Shown: piece after piece, positions 20,009 to 29,040 of the stretch
How the letters are laid out: each line of letters starts with the position of its first letter
How positions within the stretch are numbered: position 1 is the first letter of the stretch
NCBI GenBank assembly: GCA_964291235.2
Contig: OZ219815.1
Span: 192,001 to 256,000 of the forward strand
Direction: 5' to 3'
DNA length: 64,000 nt
Origin: Vicinamibacteria bacterium
GTDB lineage: Bacteria; Acidobacteriota; Vicinamibacteria; Marinacidobacterales; Marinacidobacteraceae
The notes under the pieces: model-generated
Databases searched by the model: none
Told to the model about the DNA's origin: nothing
Seen by the model: the letters and a program-made list of their open reading frames with translations, nothing else
Made by a program: the position numbers and the translations under genes

Positions 20009-20881
20009 CTACGCCGTCCAGCCGGCTTCGGGGCGGTCGAACCAGATGTGGACCTGCCCGGTGCCGACGGCGTTCTCGTACTCCGAGAACAGCCGGCCGG
20101 GAGCGGAGCACCCCGCGCCGCCGGCGGCGGCGACCGCCATCAGGTAGTGCCCGAAGCGGCCCTCGGGTGCGAACTGCGCGTAGTCGTCCATCGCCTCGAT
20201 CACGCGGCGGTGGTCGCCGGCCTGCATCCATTCGATCCGTGCTTCGTCGGCGGCGCGGGCCTCCGGCGTGCGGACGTGGACGGGATCGGACGCTTCGTGC
20301 TGCGCGATCACCGGCAGCGGCCAGAACCGGTGGCTCATCCCTCCGGAAGCGAGAAGCACCGTGCGCCGGCCCGTCTCCTCGACCGCTTCGCCGATCGCCC
20401 GGCCCATGGCCAGGAAGTCAGGAGTGGTTCCCGTCTGGCAACTGCTCACCGAGACCACCCGCTCGCCGCGCCAGAGGTAGTGGAGCAGGTTGATCGTCGG
20501 GTAGTGGACGGGTAGATACGGGTCGTCGGAAGCGTGCGCCGGCTGCCCGGCCCGCTTGGCGGCCGCCTCGGCGGCGCGGGCCAGCTCGGGATCCCCCGGA
20601 TAGTCGTAGGGAACTCCGTGCATGCCCCGCGGCAGCTCGTCCGAGGTGTAGCGGCCGTGGCGGCGTTCCTGTGCCGTGAGCAGATGCTCCACGGTGCTTG
20701 CCCAGTGAGTGTCGAAGATGACGAAGGTCTCGGCCTCAAGCTCGTCGAGCACCTCGTTCCGAAGCCGGCGAAGTCCGGGAACGAGGCTGATCTCCTTGCC
20801 CTCGTTCAGTTCCCGCCGCACGTCCTCGGGCAGCATGATGGTCGGGACGTGCGAGAGGAGGCCGAAGCCGACAACCGCCAC
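20009..20881 (-). CDS. LigB/HpaD-like extradiol ring-cleavage dioxygenase
   Basis: SHVPTIML, FDTHW, YDYPGDPELA, HYPTINL, LASGGMSHRFWP and EGRFGHY; GTG start at 20881. Confidence 0.85.
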   Translation of the reverse strand: MAVVGFGLLSHVPTIMLPEDVRRELNEGKEISLVPGLRRLRNEVLDELEAETFVIFDTHWASTVEHLLTAQERRHGRYTSDELPRGMHGVPYDYPGDPELARAAEAAAKRAGQPAHASDDPYLPVHYPTINLLHYLWRGERVVSVSSCQTGTTPDFLAMGRAIGEAVEETGRRTVLLASGGMSHRFWPLPVIAQHEASDPVHVRTPEARAADEARIEWMQAGDHRRVIEAMDDYAQFAPEGRFGHYLMAVAAAGGAGCSAPGRLFSEYENAVGTGQVHIWFDRPEAGWTA

Positions 20882-20885
20882 GTCG

Positions 20886-21680
20886 CTACTCCCCGCCGGC
20901 CGACAGGCTCTCACCGCCCCGGAAGGTGAATCCGACCCGCCGCCAGCAGCCGCCAAGCATTTCGCGGGGCGCGAGCGACAAAAGCTCCTCGGTGGGCGAA
21001 GGAAAGACGCGAAGGGTGGCGCTTCCGGTGTGGGCGATCCCGAGTTCCACGTCGGCAGAGGCTACCTTGACGATCTCGTGAAGAGCGTCCGAGCCGTCGG
21101 CAGCGACCCCGGGCATCAGGCGGTGATGAAGCATGGGATGGGCGTTCACGAAACCGGTGGACTCCGCCTCGCCGGTGATCGTGAACTCCGCTTCCATGAG
21201 GCGGCGGGAACCGGCGGCCACGGTCGCCCCGAAGCGGCCGCCGGGAGCCAGCGGCGGCCCCGCCCGGCCGATGAGCGCGGGACGCGTCATCCAGATCTCG
21301 CCGAGCTTTTTGGGGTAGCCCTGGAAATGCCCGCGCACCAGCGAAGAGTCACTGTCCACCCAGATGAAGACGCAGCGCGACCAGTCGCGGCCCCGGTAGC
21401 GGCAGCGGACCACCAGCAGACACTCCTTGTACTGGGCGCGCACCGGATCGACCAGTTCGTCGCCCGCCTCGCTGCAGCACTGCCACTCAGCCCAGATGGC
21501 CGCCACCGCATCCGGGCGGTCGGCGACCGGTTCGAGCGGCGAAGGCAGCAGTGCCGCCACCGCGCCGGGCTCGGCGAGGTACTCGATGGTGAGCATCTCG
21601 CCCGAGTAGTACCAGGGGGGCGGCCGGAGCAGCGAGGCACCGCCCGAGGGAGTGCGGGGGAAGAGGAAACCGGTCGTCAT
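20886..21680 (-). CDS. Acetoacetate decarboxylase (Adc)-like family protein
   Basis: PPPWYY, QYKE, FIWVD and RGHFQGYPKKLG (Schiff-base Lys motif). Confidence 0.85.
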   Translation of the reverse strand: MTTGFLFPRTPSGGASLLRPPPWYYSGEMLTIEYLAEPGAVAALLPSPLEPVADRPDAVAAIWAEWQCCSEAGDELVDPVRAQYKECLLVVRCRYRGRDWSRCVFIWVDSDSSLVRGHFQGYPKKLGEIWMTRPALIGRAGPPLAPGGRFGATVAAGSRRLMEAEFTITGEAESTGFVNAHPMLHHRLMPGVAADGSDALHEIVKVASADVELGIAHTGSATLRVFPSPTEELLSLAPREMLGGCWRRVGFTFRGGESLSAGGE

Positions 21681-21688
21681 CCTGTGGT

Positions 21689-22858
21689 TCAGGCGTCCCA
21701 GGCCACCCTAACCCTCTTTGGACCCCGAAACTCGAAACCTCGGAGCGTCACCTCCTCCGTCGGGTGCAGTCGGAGGCCGGGAAGGTTCCGGAAGAGCCGC
21801 TCGGCGCCGATCCGGATCTCCTGGCGGCCGAGCCACTCGCCGATACAGCGGTGGACCCCGAGCGCGAAGGCGGCGTTCCCGCCCTCGGTGCGGGTCGGGT
21901 CGAGCCGTTCCGGATCACGGAAACGGGCGGGATCGAGATTCGCGGCGCGCAGGATGCCGGAGACGAGCACTCCTTCGGGAAGCCGGACCCCGCCGATTTC
22001 GGTTTCTCGGGTGGTGGTGCGGGTGATGGTGCCGACGGGGGTGTAGCGGCGGAGCACCTCGTCCACGAGCCGCCGCATCGCCGCGGGGCTCCCGAGTGCC
22101 TGCTCGCGGAGATGCTCGTCGGACAACATCGTCCACACCACGAGGCCGATCCCGTCGCGCGGCTCGTTGATGCCGCCCGAGATCATCAACCGGACGTTGT
22201 TCACGATCTCCGCGGCGGTGAGGTCCTGCTCGGCGCCCAGGATGTGGAGGAGTCCGCAGGCCTCGGGACGGTCGCGCAGTTCGTCGAGGCGGGCCAGCAC
22301 CGCCGCTTCGACAGCGTCGGCGGCGCGCTCGCCGACGGCGAACGCCTCGGGCTCCTGCTCGAAGTTCGCGACCCCGACGCAGAGGCCCTCGCACCAGTCC
22401 CAGACCTCCCGGAAGTCATAGGCATCGAGGCCGAGCACCGTAGCGAGCGACCCGGCGCTCACCAGCGCTGCATACCCGGCGATGATGTCGGCTTCGCCGT
22501 CGTCCCGCATGGATTCGATGAGCCGGTCGCACATCGCCGGCAGTTCGTGCTCGGCGAAGGCGCCGCTCCGTCCGGCCCGCAGGAACGGCGGCTTGCAGGC
22601 CTTTTGCAGCCGGGTGCAGGCCGGCGGATCGAGGGTCAGCATGTTCTCGCCGAGCGTCCGGGCCAGAAAGCTCGGCTCGGTGGCGGCGCTGAAGATCTCC
22701 GGCTGATCCTCCATCGCCTGGACATCGTCCCAGCGGGTCACGAACCACATCTGGAGCGCCGGAATCCAGGCGACGGGTTCCTCCTCGCGGAGCCGGGCCA
22801 GGATCGGGTCCGGATCGCGGTCGAGATCCTCGGCAGTGACGGTGGCGGCGAAACTCAC
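21689..22858 (-). CDS. Cytochrome P450 with non-canonical I-helix (GGINEP)
   Basis: Heme motif FALGVHRCIG, ExxR motif EVLRRY and ANLDPARF. Confidence 0.92.
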   Translation of the reverse strand: MSFAATVTAEDLDRDPDPILARLREEEPVAWIPALQMWFVTRWDDVQAMEDQPEIFSAATEPSFLARTLGENMLTLDPPACTRLQKACKPPFLRAGRSGAFAEHELPAMCDRLIESMRDDGEADIIAGYAALVSAGSLATVLGLDAYDFREVWDWCEGLCVGVANFEQEPEAFAVGERAADAVEAAVLARLDELRDRPEACGLLHILGAEQDLTAAEIVNNVRLMISGGINEPRDGIGLVVWTMLSDEHLREQALGSPAAMRRLVDEVLRRYTPVGTITRTTTRETEIGGVRLPEGVLVSGILRAANLDPARFRDPERLDPTRTEGGNAAFALGVHRCIGEWLGRQEIRIGAERLFRNLPGLRLHPTEEVTLRGFEFRGPKRVRVAWDA

Positions 22859-22877
22859 AGACGGGTTGCCGTAAACG

Positions 22878-24158
22878 TCAGAGATAGGGGATGTACTCCC
22901 GCTTCTCCCAGTCGGTGGTGTGGGCGCGGAAGCGCTCCCATTCCCGGCGCTTCACCGTGACGTGCATCTGCACGAACTCCTCGCCGAACGCCGCCACCAG
23001 GTCCTTGTCGGCCTCCAGGTCGTCAAGCGCGCGGGCCAGGTCGTCGGCCACGGTGACGTCGGTGTCCGATCCCTCGAGGCAGTCCCCGGTCTCCTCGGGA
23101 GGAGGCTCGAGTTCCTGTGCGATGCCGAGGTGAGCGGCGAGCAGGGTGGCCGCCACCGCGAGGTGCGGACCGCAGGCGCCGTCCGCGAGCCGGTGTTCGA
23201 CCCGCGCCCCTTCCCCGCGTTCGAGTGGAATCCGCACCGCGCAACCGCGGTGGTCGTGGCCCCAGTTGGCCCAGTAGCCGCTCATCTGACCGGGACGGAG
23301 CCGGCGGTAGGAGTTCACGGTCGGCGCCACCGCGCCGGCGAGCCCCCGGTGGTGACGGAGCAGGCCGGCGACCGCGGACCAGGCAAGCTTCGAAAGCCCG
23401 CCGTCGCCGTCCGGATCGTCGAAGACGTTCTTTACGCCGTCTTCGAGGCTCAAGTTGACGTGAAGCCCGGAACCGCCGCGGTCGGTGAACGGCTTCCCGA
23501 TGAAGGTGAGGTGGTACCCGCGCTCGGCGGCCACCTCCCTGGCCAGGAGCTTGAAGAGAAAGGCCTCGTCGGCGGCGGCGAGGGCGTCGTTCTTGCCGAG
23601 CGTCAGTTCGAACTGCCCGTCGTCGTACTCGCTGTGGAAGGACTCGATCTCGATCCCGGCACGCTCGGCGGCGTCGAGCACATCCTCCATGATTCCGTCA
23701 GGGTCCGTCAGGGGCCCGGAGCCGTAAACATGCGAACCGGGAGTGCGGATCGGGTTGAAAGCACCTTCCAGGTCAGGCTGGAGCAGAAACGCCTCGAGTT
23801 CGATGCCCACCACCGGACGGCGTCCGTCGGCCTCGTGCTCGGCGATGGCCCGCTTCAGGATGCGGCGGGGCGAGCGTTCGAGCGGCTTCCCGCCGGCCTC
23901 CAGGTCGGCGACCACCACGCCGACTCCGTCGGTCCAGCCGTCGCGGACCGCCTCCGGATCGAAGACGGCGCGCATGTCGGGGAGACCCTCGAGGAGTCCG
24001 GAACCCGGATAGGCGTCCATCTCCCGGTCGAAACCAAGCGCGAAGGTGGCGAGGCAGTGACCGGTGGCGGCGGCGTTCGGCAGGAGGACCTTGCCGCGCG
24101 CGAGGCCGAGGTGGTCGGGCCAGAGCGGGCGGATGCGGCGGTAGTCGGGGTCGGTCAC
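22878..24158 (-). CDS. Glutamine synthetase-like gamma-glutamyl-amine ligase (PuuA/GlnA3-like)
   Basis: DHLGLARGK, GIELEAF, EYDDGQFE, GSGLHVNLS, NSYRRL and RVEHRLAD; GTG start at 24158. Confidence 0.88.
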   Translation of the reverse strand: MTDPDYRRIRPLWPDHLGLARGKVLLPNAAATGHCLATFALGFDREMDAYPGSGLLEGLPDMRAVFDPEAVRDGWTDGVGVVVADLEAGGKPLERSPRRILKRAIAEHEADGRRPVVGIELEAFLLQPDLEGAFNPIRTPGSHVYGSGPLTDPDGIMEDVLDAAERAGIEIESFHSEYDDGQFELTLGKNDALAAADEAFLFKLLAREVAAERGYHLTFIGKPFTDRGGSGLHVNLSLEDGVKNVFDDPDGDGGLSKLAWSAVAGLLRHHRGLAGAVAPTVNSYRRLRPGQMSGYWANWGHDHRGCAVRIPLERGEGARVEHRLADGACGPHLAVAATLLAAHLGIAQELEPPPEETGDCLEGSDTDVTVADDLARALDDLEADKDLVAAFGEEFVQMHVTVKRREWERFRAHTTDWEKREYIPYL

Positions 24159-24171
24159 GGCGGGGGTTGTA

Positions 24172-24744
24172 TCACTTCGGTCGCGGGCGCAGGACCAGCG
24201 CCGCGATGGTCCCGCTGGCGAGGAAGAAGTAGATCGGATAGATCGCGATGGCGAACTCCCAGCGATCCACCGCCAGCAGATTGCAGGTGTTCCCGGCGAT
24301 GAAGAGCGCCCAGGCGAGGCGGTCTTCGGTGTGCGGGGCGACGTAGGCCTTCCGGATGGTCGGGAGCGCCCCCGCGAAATCGACGCCGAGCGTGGTGACC
24401 AGCGCGACCACCGGAGAGTCGAAGAGCCACCAGAGCAGAAGACCCGCGCCGGCGCCCATGAGGCAACGGCGGTCGAGTGGCGTCGAGCCACCCTCGCCGT
24501 AGCGGATGCTCAGCAGCGCCGTCACCAGGGAGGCGACGAAGTAGCTGACCGCGACCCAGATGGTGGTGTCGGCGCCGGAGAAGTAGTAGCTGGCCAGCAG
24601 GACCGCGCCGGTCGTCGTCCAGATCCACCAGGTGGCCCGGTTCGGACGGGTCTCGCCGCGGAGAATCGCCGCGATGTAGGGGACGAACGCCACCAGCGAC
24701 AGGACGCCGGCCACCCAGCCGAACAGGACTGGCAGCGGCGGCAT
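24172..24744 (-). CDS. Small multi-pass membrane protein (PQ-loop/SemiSWEET-like duplication, uncertain)
   Basis: Two similar halves (FVPYIAAILRGETRP and ALPTIRKAYVAPHTE); six to seven TM helices. Confidence 0.65.
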   Translation of the reverse strand: MPPLPVLFGWVAGVLSLVAFVPYIAAILRGETRPNRATWWIWTTTGAVLLASYYFSGADTTIWVAVSYFVASLVTALLSIRYGEGGSTPLDRRCLMGAGAGLLLWWLFDSPVVALVTTLGVDFAGALPTIRKAYVAPHTEDRLAWALFIAGNTCNLLAVDRWEFAIAIYPIYFFLASGTIAALVLRPRPK

Positions 24745-24893
24745 CAATCGGTTTCGCGGAGCGTGCGGGTGGGTGGGGCCGGGTTCCTCACGGTACCGAG
24801 GCGCCTCCGAGCGTACAACGCGTGAGCCGAAGGGGTTGGAGGGTGTCCCGCTGGCCGGTGGGTGAAGGTGGGAGCGGTGGGCCGATACGCTAG

Positions 24894-26459
24894 GTGTTTG
24901 TGACCCAACTGCATTTCGCCTGGACGACGCTATGTCTGGTAGCTGCTTGCGCGTCAGCGGGCTGCGGGACGGCGGAAGAGACGCCGGGGACCCCGCTCGA
25001 CGTGCCCGCCGAGCAGTTGGGGACACTCTTCGACGAGATCATCGAAAAGACGGAGCGCCGCGAGGCGTTTTCCCAGTTCAAGGAGGATGGGCTCTCCTTC
25101 GCGCCACTCGCGGCGATGAAGGATCTCCGGTCGGAGTTCGTCGCCGCCGAGACCGAAGAGGACCTCTTCTACGCGCTCGTCAAGCTCAGCAACGCCCGCC
25201 GCGACCGCCACCTGAGCGTGAACCCGGTGGAGGGCGGACTGGAGGTTCCCGACACCCCGGATCTCGCGGCCCCGGTCCTCGTCCTGCCCGACTTCTCCGA
25301 TCTGGACGACCCGCAGTTCTTTGTCGCCAGGGTTGGGATGGACCTTCCCTCCCCGCAACCCGGGGATCTCATCGTCGCCGTGAACGGCCGGCCCACCGCC
25401 GAGTACGTCGCCGAGTTCACCCAGTGGATCCGGCATTCGACGCTCTACGGCCTCTACTGGCACATGGCGCGCGAACTGCCCCTGATCGTGCGGAACGTTC
25501 CGCCGCACCTCTACTCCGAAACCCTGGACCTGACGCTCGAGGATGCCGCCGGCGACCGCTACGAGGTGTCCCTGCCCTACGGGGACCCCGACACCCACCA
25601 CGTCGGGCCGGAAGCGGAATACGAGGGGTTCGCGGAGGCCATGGCACGGGAGAACTTCCACGTCCACGTGAACGAGGAGGAGCGGATCGTCCTGCTCCAG
25701 TGGCTCGACTTCGAGCGCTCGCTGATCCAGGACGTCATGGACCTGATGGACCTCGCGGAGCAGGAGGAACTCCTCGACCACGACCTCATCATCGACGTCC
25801 GGGGGAGCAGCGGTGGCTCCTTCGGCGCGTATGCGATCCAGCGCCTCGTCAGCCGGCCCTTCCGCACGACGTTTGGAAATGTCCGGATCAGCGACGCCGG
25901 GGAGGCGCTCATCGAGCGGTTCCAGAATCTCGAGGTTGACGAGAGCGCGCCCGACATCTTCGGGCTGAACCTCAGCCGGAGCTGGTTGATCGACTGGGCG
26001 CGGACCGACGCTGCGGAAGCGATCCGGAGAGGCGACCAATACACCCCTCCGACTCCGTTCAAGCTGGCCCACCTGCCCCGGGACGCCGGCGGCACGCTGG
26101 AGCCGGCTCCCGTCCATTTCCGGGGCCGCGCCGCCATCGTCGGCGGACCGCACGGGGGCTCGCATCTCGACCAGTTCCTGTCGATGTTCGCGGACAACGA
26201 CCTCGCGGTGGTCATCGGGATGCCGACCGGCGGCTACAGCAACACCTGGGAACACGAGGAAGTGCTCTATTTCCCCGGGACCGATCGGCCGGTCGCGGAG
26301 TTCATGTGGAACATCGGCCACACCCTCCGCCCGAACACCGAGATCCTGGAGGGCAATCCGGTGCTCCCCGACGTTCCCCTTCCGCTCACCCGCGACAACT
26401 TCCGGACCTACGATCGGGAACTCCTCGAACTGGCGGTGGACGCATTGCGAGGCCAATGA
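24894..26459 (+). CDS. S41-family (tail-specific protease-like) lipoprotein
   Basis: Lipobox ASAGC, LIIDVRGSSGG, GGSHLDQF and VIGMPTGG. Confidence 0.7.
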   Translation: MFVTQLHFAWTTLCLVAACASAGCGTAEETPGTPLDVPAEQLGTLFDEIIEKTERREAFSQFKEDGLSFAPLAAMKDLRSEFVAAETEEDLFYALVKLSNARRDRHLSVNPVEGGLEVPDTPDLAAPVLVLPDFSDLDDPQFFVARVGMDLPSPQPGDLIVAVNGRPTAEYVAEFTQWIRHSTLYGLYWHMARELPLIVRNVPPHLYSETLDLTLEDAAGDRYEVSLPYGDPDTHHVGPEAEYEGFAEAMARENFHVHVNEEERIVLLQWLDFERSLIQDVMDLMDLAEQEELLDHDLIIDVRGSSGGSFGAYAIQRLVSRPFRTTFGNVRISDAGEALIERFQNLEVDESAPDIFGLNLSRSWLIDWARTDAAEAIRRGDQYTPPTPFKLAHLPRDAGGTLEPAPVHFRGRAAIVGGPHGGSHLDQFLSMFADNDLAVVIGMPTGGYSNTWEHEEVLYFPGTDRPVAEFMWNIGHTLRPNTEILEGNPVLPDVPLPLTRDNFRTYDRELLELAVDALRGQ

Positions 26460-27556
26460 CGACCCTGCCCAACCGCCTCCGCTCCCTCGACGCCTTCCGC
26501 GGGGCCACGATCGCCGGGATGATCCTGGTGAACAACCCGGGAAGCTGGGATCACGTGTACCCGGCGCTCCTCCACGCCCCGTGGCACGGCTGGACGCCAA
26601 CGGACCTCATCTTTCCCTTCTTCCTGTTCATCGTCGGGGTGGCGATCCCGTTCTCGCTGGGGCGGCGGGTGGAGGCGGGCGCCAAACGCGGGAAGCTCTT
26701 CCTGCGGGTGCTGCGGCGGAGCGCGATCCTGATCGGGCTGGGCCTCTTGCTCGCGGCCTGGCCGTATTTCGATCTCGGCTCGCTCCGGCTGCCGGGGGTG
26801 CTGCAGCGCATCGGCGTCGTCTATCTGGTGGCCGGGGCGGCGTTCCTGTGGCTGGGCCGCCGGGGGCTCGCCGTCCTGACCGGCGTCTGTCTGGTCGGCT
26901 TCGCCGCCGTCATGCGGTTCGTCCCCGCACCGGGCGGCGTCGCGGGTGACCTGGAGCCCGGAACGAACCTCGCGGCCTATCTGGACCGACTCCTCCTCCC
27001 GGGAACCCTCTACCAGGGCACCTGGGACCCGGAGGGGGTGCTTTCCACGGTTCCGGCGATCGCGAGCGCGCTGCTCGGGATTTTCTGCGGGCAGTGGCTC
27101 CGGTCGAAAGACCCCCCGCTGCTGAAGACGACGGGCCTCCTGACCAGCGGATTCACCTTCCTGACCGCCGGCTGGATCTGGAGCTTCTGGCTGCCGATCA
27201 ACAAGAACCTCTGGACGAGCTCCTACGTGCTGTTCACGGCCGGGATCGCGCTGTGCCTGCTGCCCCGCTTCGTCCTGATCATGGACCTGAGGAAGCCGCC
27301 ACGCTGGACGGCGCCGCTGGAGGCGCTCGGGAAGAACGCGATCCTGGCGTTCGTGGGGTCGGGGCTCGTCATCAAGACCATGCTGCTCTTCCCCGAACCG
27401 GGCCACGGATCGGCCTACACCTGGACCTACGAGGTCTTCTTCGCCTCCTGGCTCGGCCCGCTCAACGGATCGCTCGGATTCGCGCTCGCGAACGTGGCGG
27501 TGTGGACAGCGATCGCCGTGTTCCTCGACCGGAAGCGGATCTACCTGAAGGTCTGA
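26456..27556 (+). CDS. Heparan-alpha-glucosaminide N-acetyltransferase-like membrane acyltransferase
   Basis: RLRSLDAFRG, DLIFPFFLFIVG, GVLQRIG, DPEGVLST and PINKNLWTSSY. Confidence 0.9.
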   Translation: MTTLPNRLRSLDAFRGATIAGMILVNNPGSWDHVYPALLHAPWHGWTPTDLIFPFFLFIVGVAIPFSLGRRVEAGAKRGKLFLRVLRRSAILIGLGLLLAAWPYFDLGSLRLPGVLQRIGVVYLVAGAAFLWLGRRGLAVLTGVCLVGFAAVMRFVPAPGGVAGDLEPGTNLAAYLDRLLLPGTLYQGTWDPEGVLSTVPAIASALLGIFCGQWLRSKDPPLLKTTGLLTSGFTFLTAGWIWSFWLPINKNLWTSSYVLFTAGIALCLLPRFVLIMDLRKPPRWTAPLEALGKNAILAFVGSGLVIKTMLLFPEPGHGSAYTWTYEVFFASWLGPLNGSLGFALANVAVWTAIAVFLDRKRIYLKV

Positions 27557-27581
27557 CCGCACGGCGGAAGGAGGCGTTTCG

Positions 27582-29009
27582 ATGCTCCACAGAAACCTGA
27601 TCCTGGCGGTGGTTGTGTTCGCTCTGGCTACCGGCGCCTGCGCGCCTTCCGGAACCGGCGGTGCACCGGACGACACGGGACGTCCCACCGACACCCTGCA
27701 GATCCCCGGCGCCCAGGAACGTTTCGAGATCCGGAAGGACCTCATCGGGCAGCGGCTGGACACCGTCCTGCTCCCGGCCATGCGCGCGCACGGCATCGAT
27801 CTGTGGCTCGTCTTCAGCCGCGAGCATGACGTGGACCCGATCCTCTCGGAGATCGGCGGCGGCTGGGGTGGGGTGCGGAACGCCTATGTCTTCTTCGACC
27901 ACGGTGGGGACAGGCCCGAGAAGATCTTCATCGGGTCCCACGAGCTGCGCGACACCACCATCTACGAGACCTACGACGAACACATCCACTACGGATACAC
28001 CGAGGAAGGGGTGCGGCCGCACCTGAGGAAGGTGATCGAGGACCGTGATCCGCAGCGGATCGGGATCAACGTGTCACCGACGCTGCCGATGGCCGACGGG
28101 CTGACCTGGACGCTGAGGAACTTTCTGGAGGACACGCTTGGCGAGAAGTACGCGTCGCGCATGGTCTCGGCGGAGTTGCTGGTCCGCGACTTCCGGACCA
28201 TGCACGTTCCCGACGAGGTGCAGGTCTTCGCCGATCTCTGCGCCTGGACGGTCGCCTGGGAGGAAGAGGCGTTTTCGGACGCCGTGGTGAAGGTCGGGGA
28301 AACGACCGCGAACGACATCCACTGGTGGATGCGGCAGCGGACCATGGAGCTCGGGCTGATCAACGAGTTTCTGCCCGGCGTGCGGATCACCCGGAACGGG
28401 GAGACCCTGCCCACGAACACGCCCGATCACGCCGTGATGCCCGGGGACATCCTTTCGGTGGACGCCGGACTCGGCTATCTCGACTACCGCACCGACATCA
28501 AGCGGACCGCCTACGTGCTGCGGCCGGGTGAGACGGAGCCGCCGGAGAGCATCCGGAACGCGTTCGACAAGGCGCTCGAGGTGACCGACATCCTGACCGG
28601 CAACTGGATGCCCGGGGCCATCGCCCACGAGGTCTGGGAGCAGACGATGGAGGACGCCGGGATGCTCGGCTACCAGCCCGGCCAGCCCAAGACCGGAGGG
28701 GTGGTGGAGACGGATCCAACCCGGCCCGAGGTCGGTGTCTATTCCCACTCGGTCGGGAACTCCACCCACGACATCGGGGCGCGGGTCGCGGTGGACTGGC
28801 CGTTCGCCTACGGCGACCGGGTGCGGTATCCGCTGGCGGCCGGAGCCTGGTACTCGGTCGAGTTGCACGTGAGCACCCCCATCCCGGAGTGGGGCGGGCT
28901 GGTGCTGCCCATCCGCATCGAGGAGGACGCCCAGGTGCTCCCGGAGGGCGACGTCGAGTACTTCGTGCCGCGGCAGACGGAACTGCTCCTGATCGGCGGC
29001 GCCCGGTAG
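27582..29009 (+). CDS. M24 family metallopeptidase (Xaa-Pro aminopeptidase-like), lipoprotein
   Basis: Lipobox ATGAC, SVDAG, TDIKR, HSVGNSTH, SVELH and RIEED metal ligands. Confidence 0.85.
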   Translation: MLHRNLILAVVVFALATGACAPSGTGGAPDDTGRPTDTLQIPGAQERFEIRKDLIGQRLDTVLLPAMRAHGIDLWLVFSREHDVDPILSEIGGGWGGVRNAYVFFDHGGDRPEKIFIGSHELRDTTIYETYDEHIHYGYTEEGVRPHLRKVIEDRDPQRIGINVSPTLPMADGLTWTLRNFLEDTLGEKYASRMVSAELLVRDFRTMHVPDEVQVFADLCAWTVAWEEEAFSDAVVKVGETTANDIHWWMRQRTMELGLINEFLPGVRITRNGETLPTNTPDHAVMPGDILSVDAGLGYLDYRTDIKRTAYVLRPGETEPPESIRNAFDKALEVTDILTGNWMPGAIAHEVWEQTMEDAGMLGYQPGQPKTGGVVETDPTRPEVGVYSHSVGNSTHDIGARVAVDWPFAYGDRVRYPLAAGAWYSVELHVSTPIPEWGGLVLPIRIEEDAQVLPEGDVEYFVPRQTELLLIGGAR

Positions 29010-29040
29010 GGACACCGCACCCTTCCCGCCGGAGACGAAC

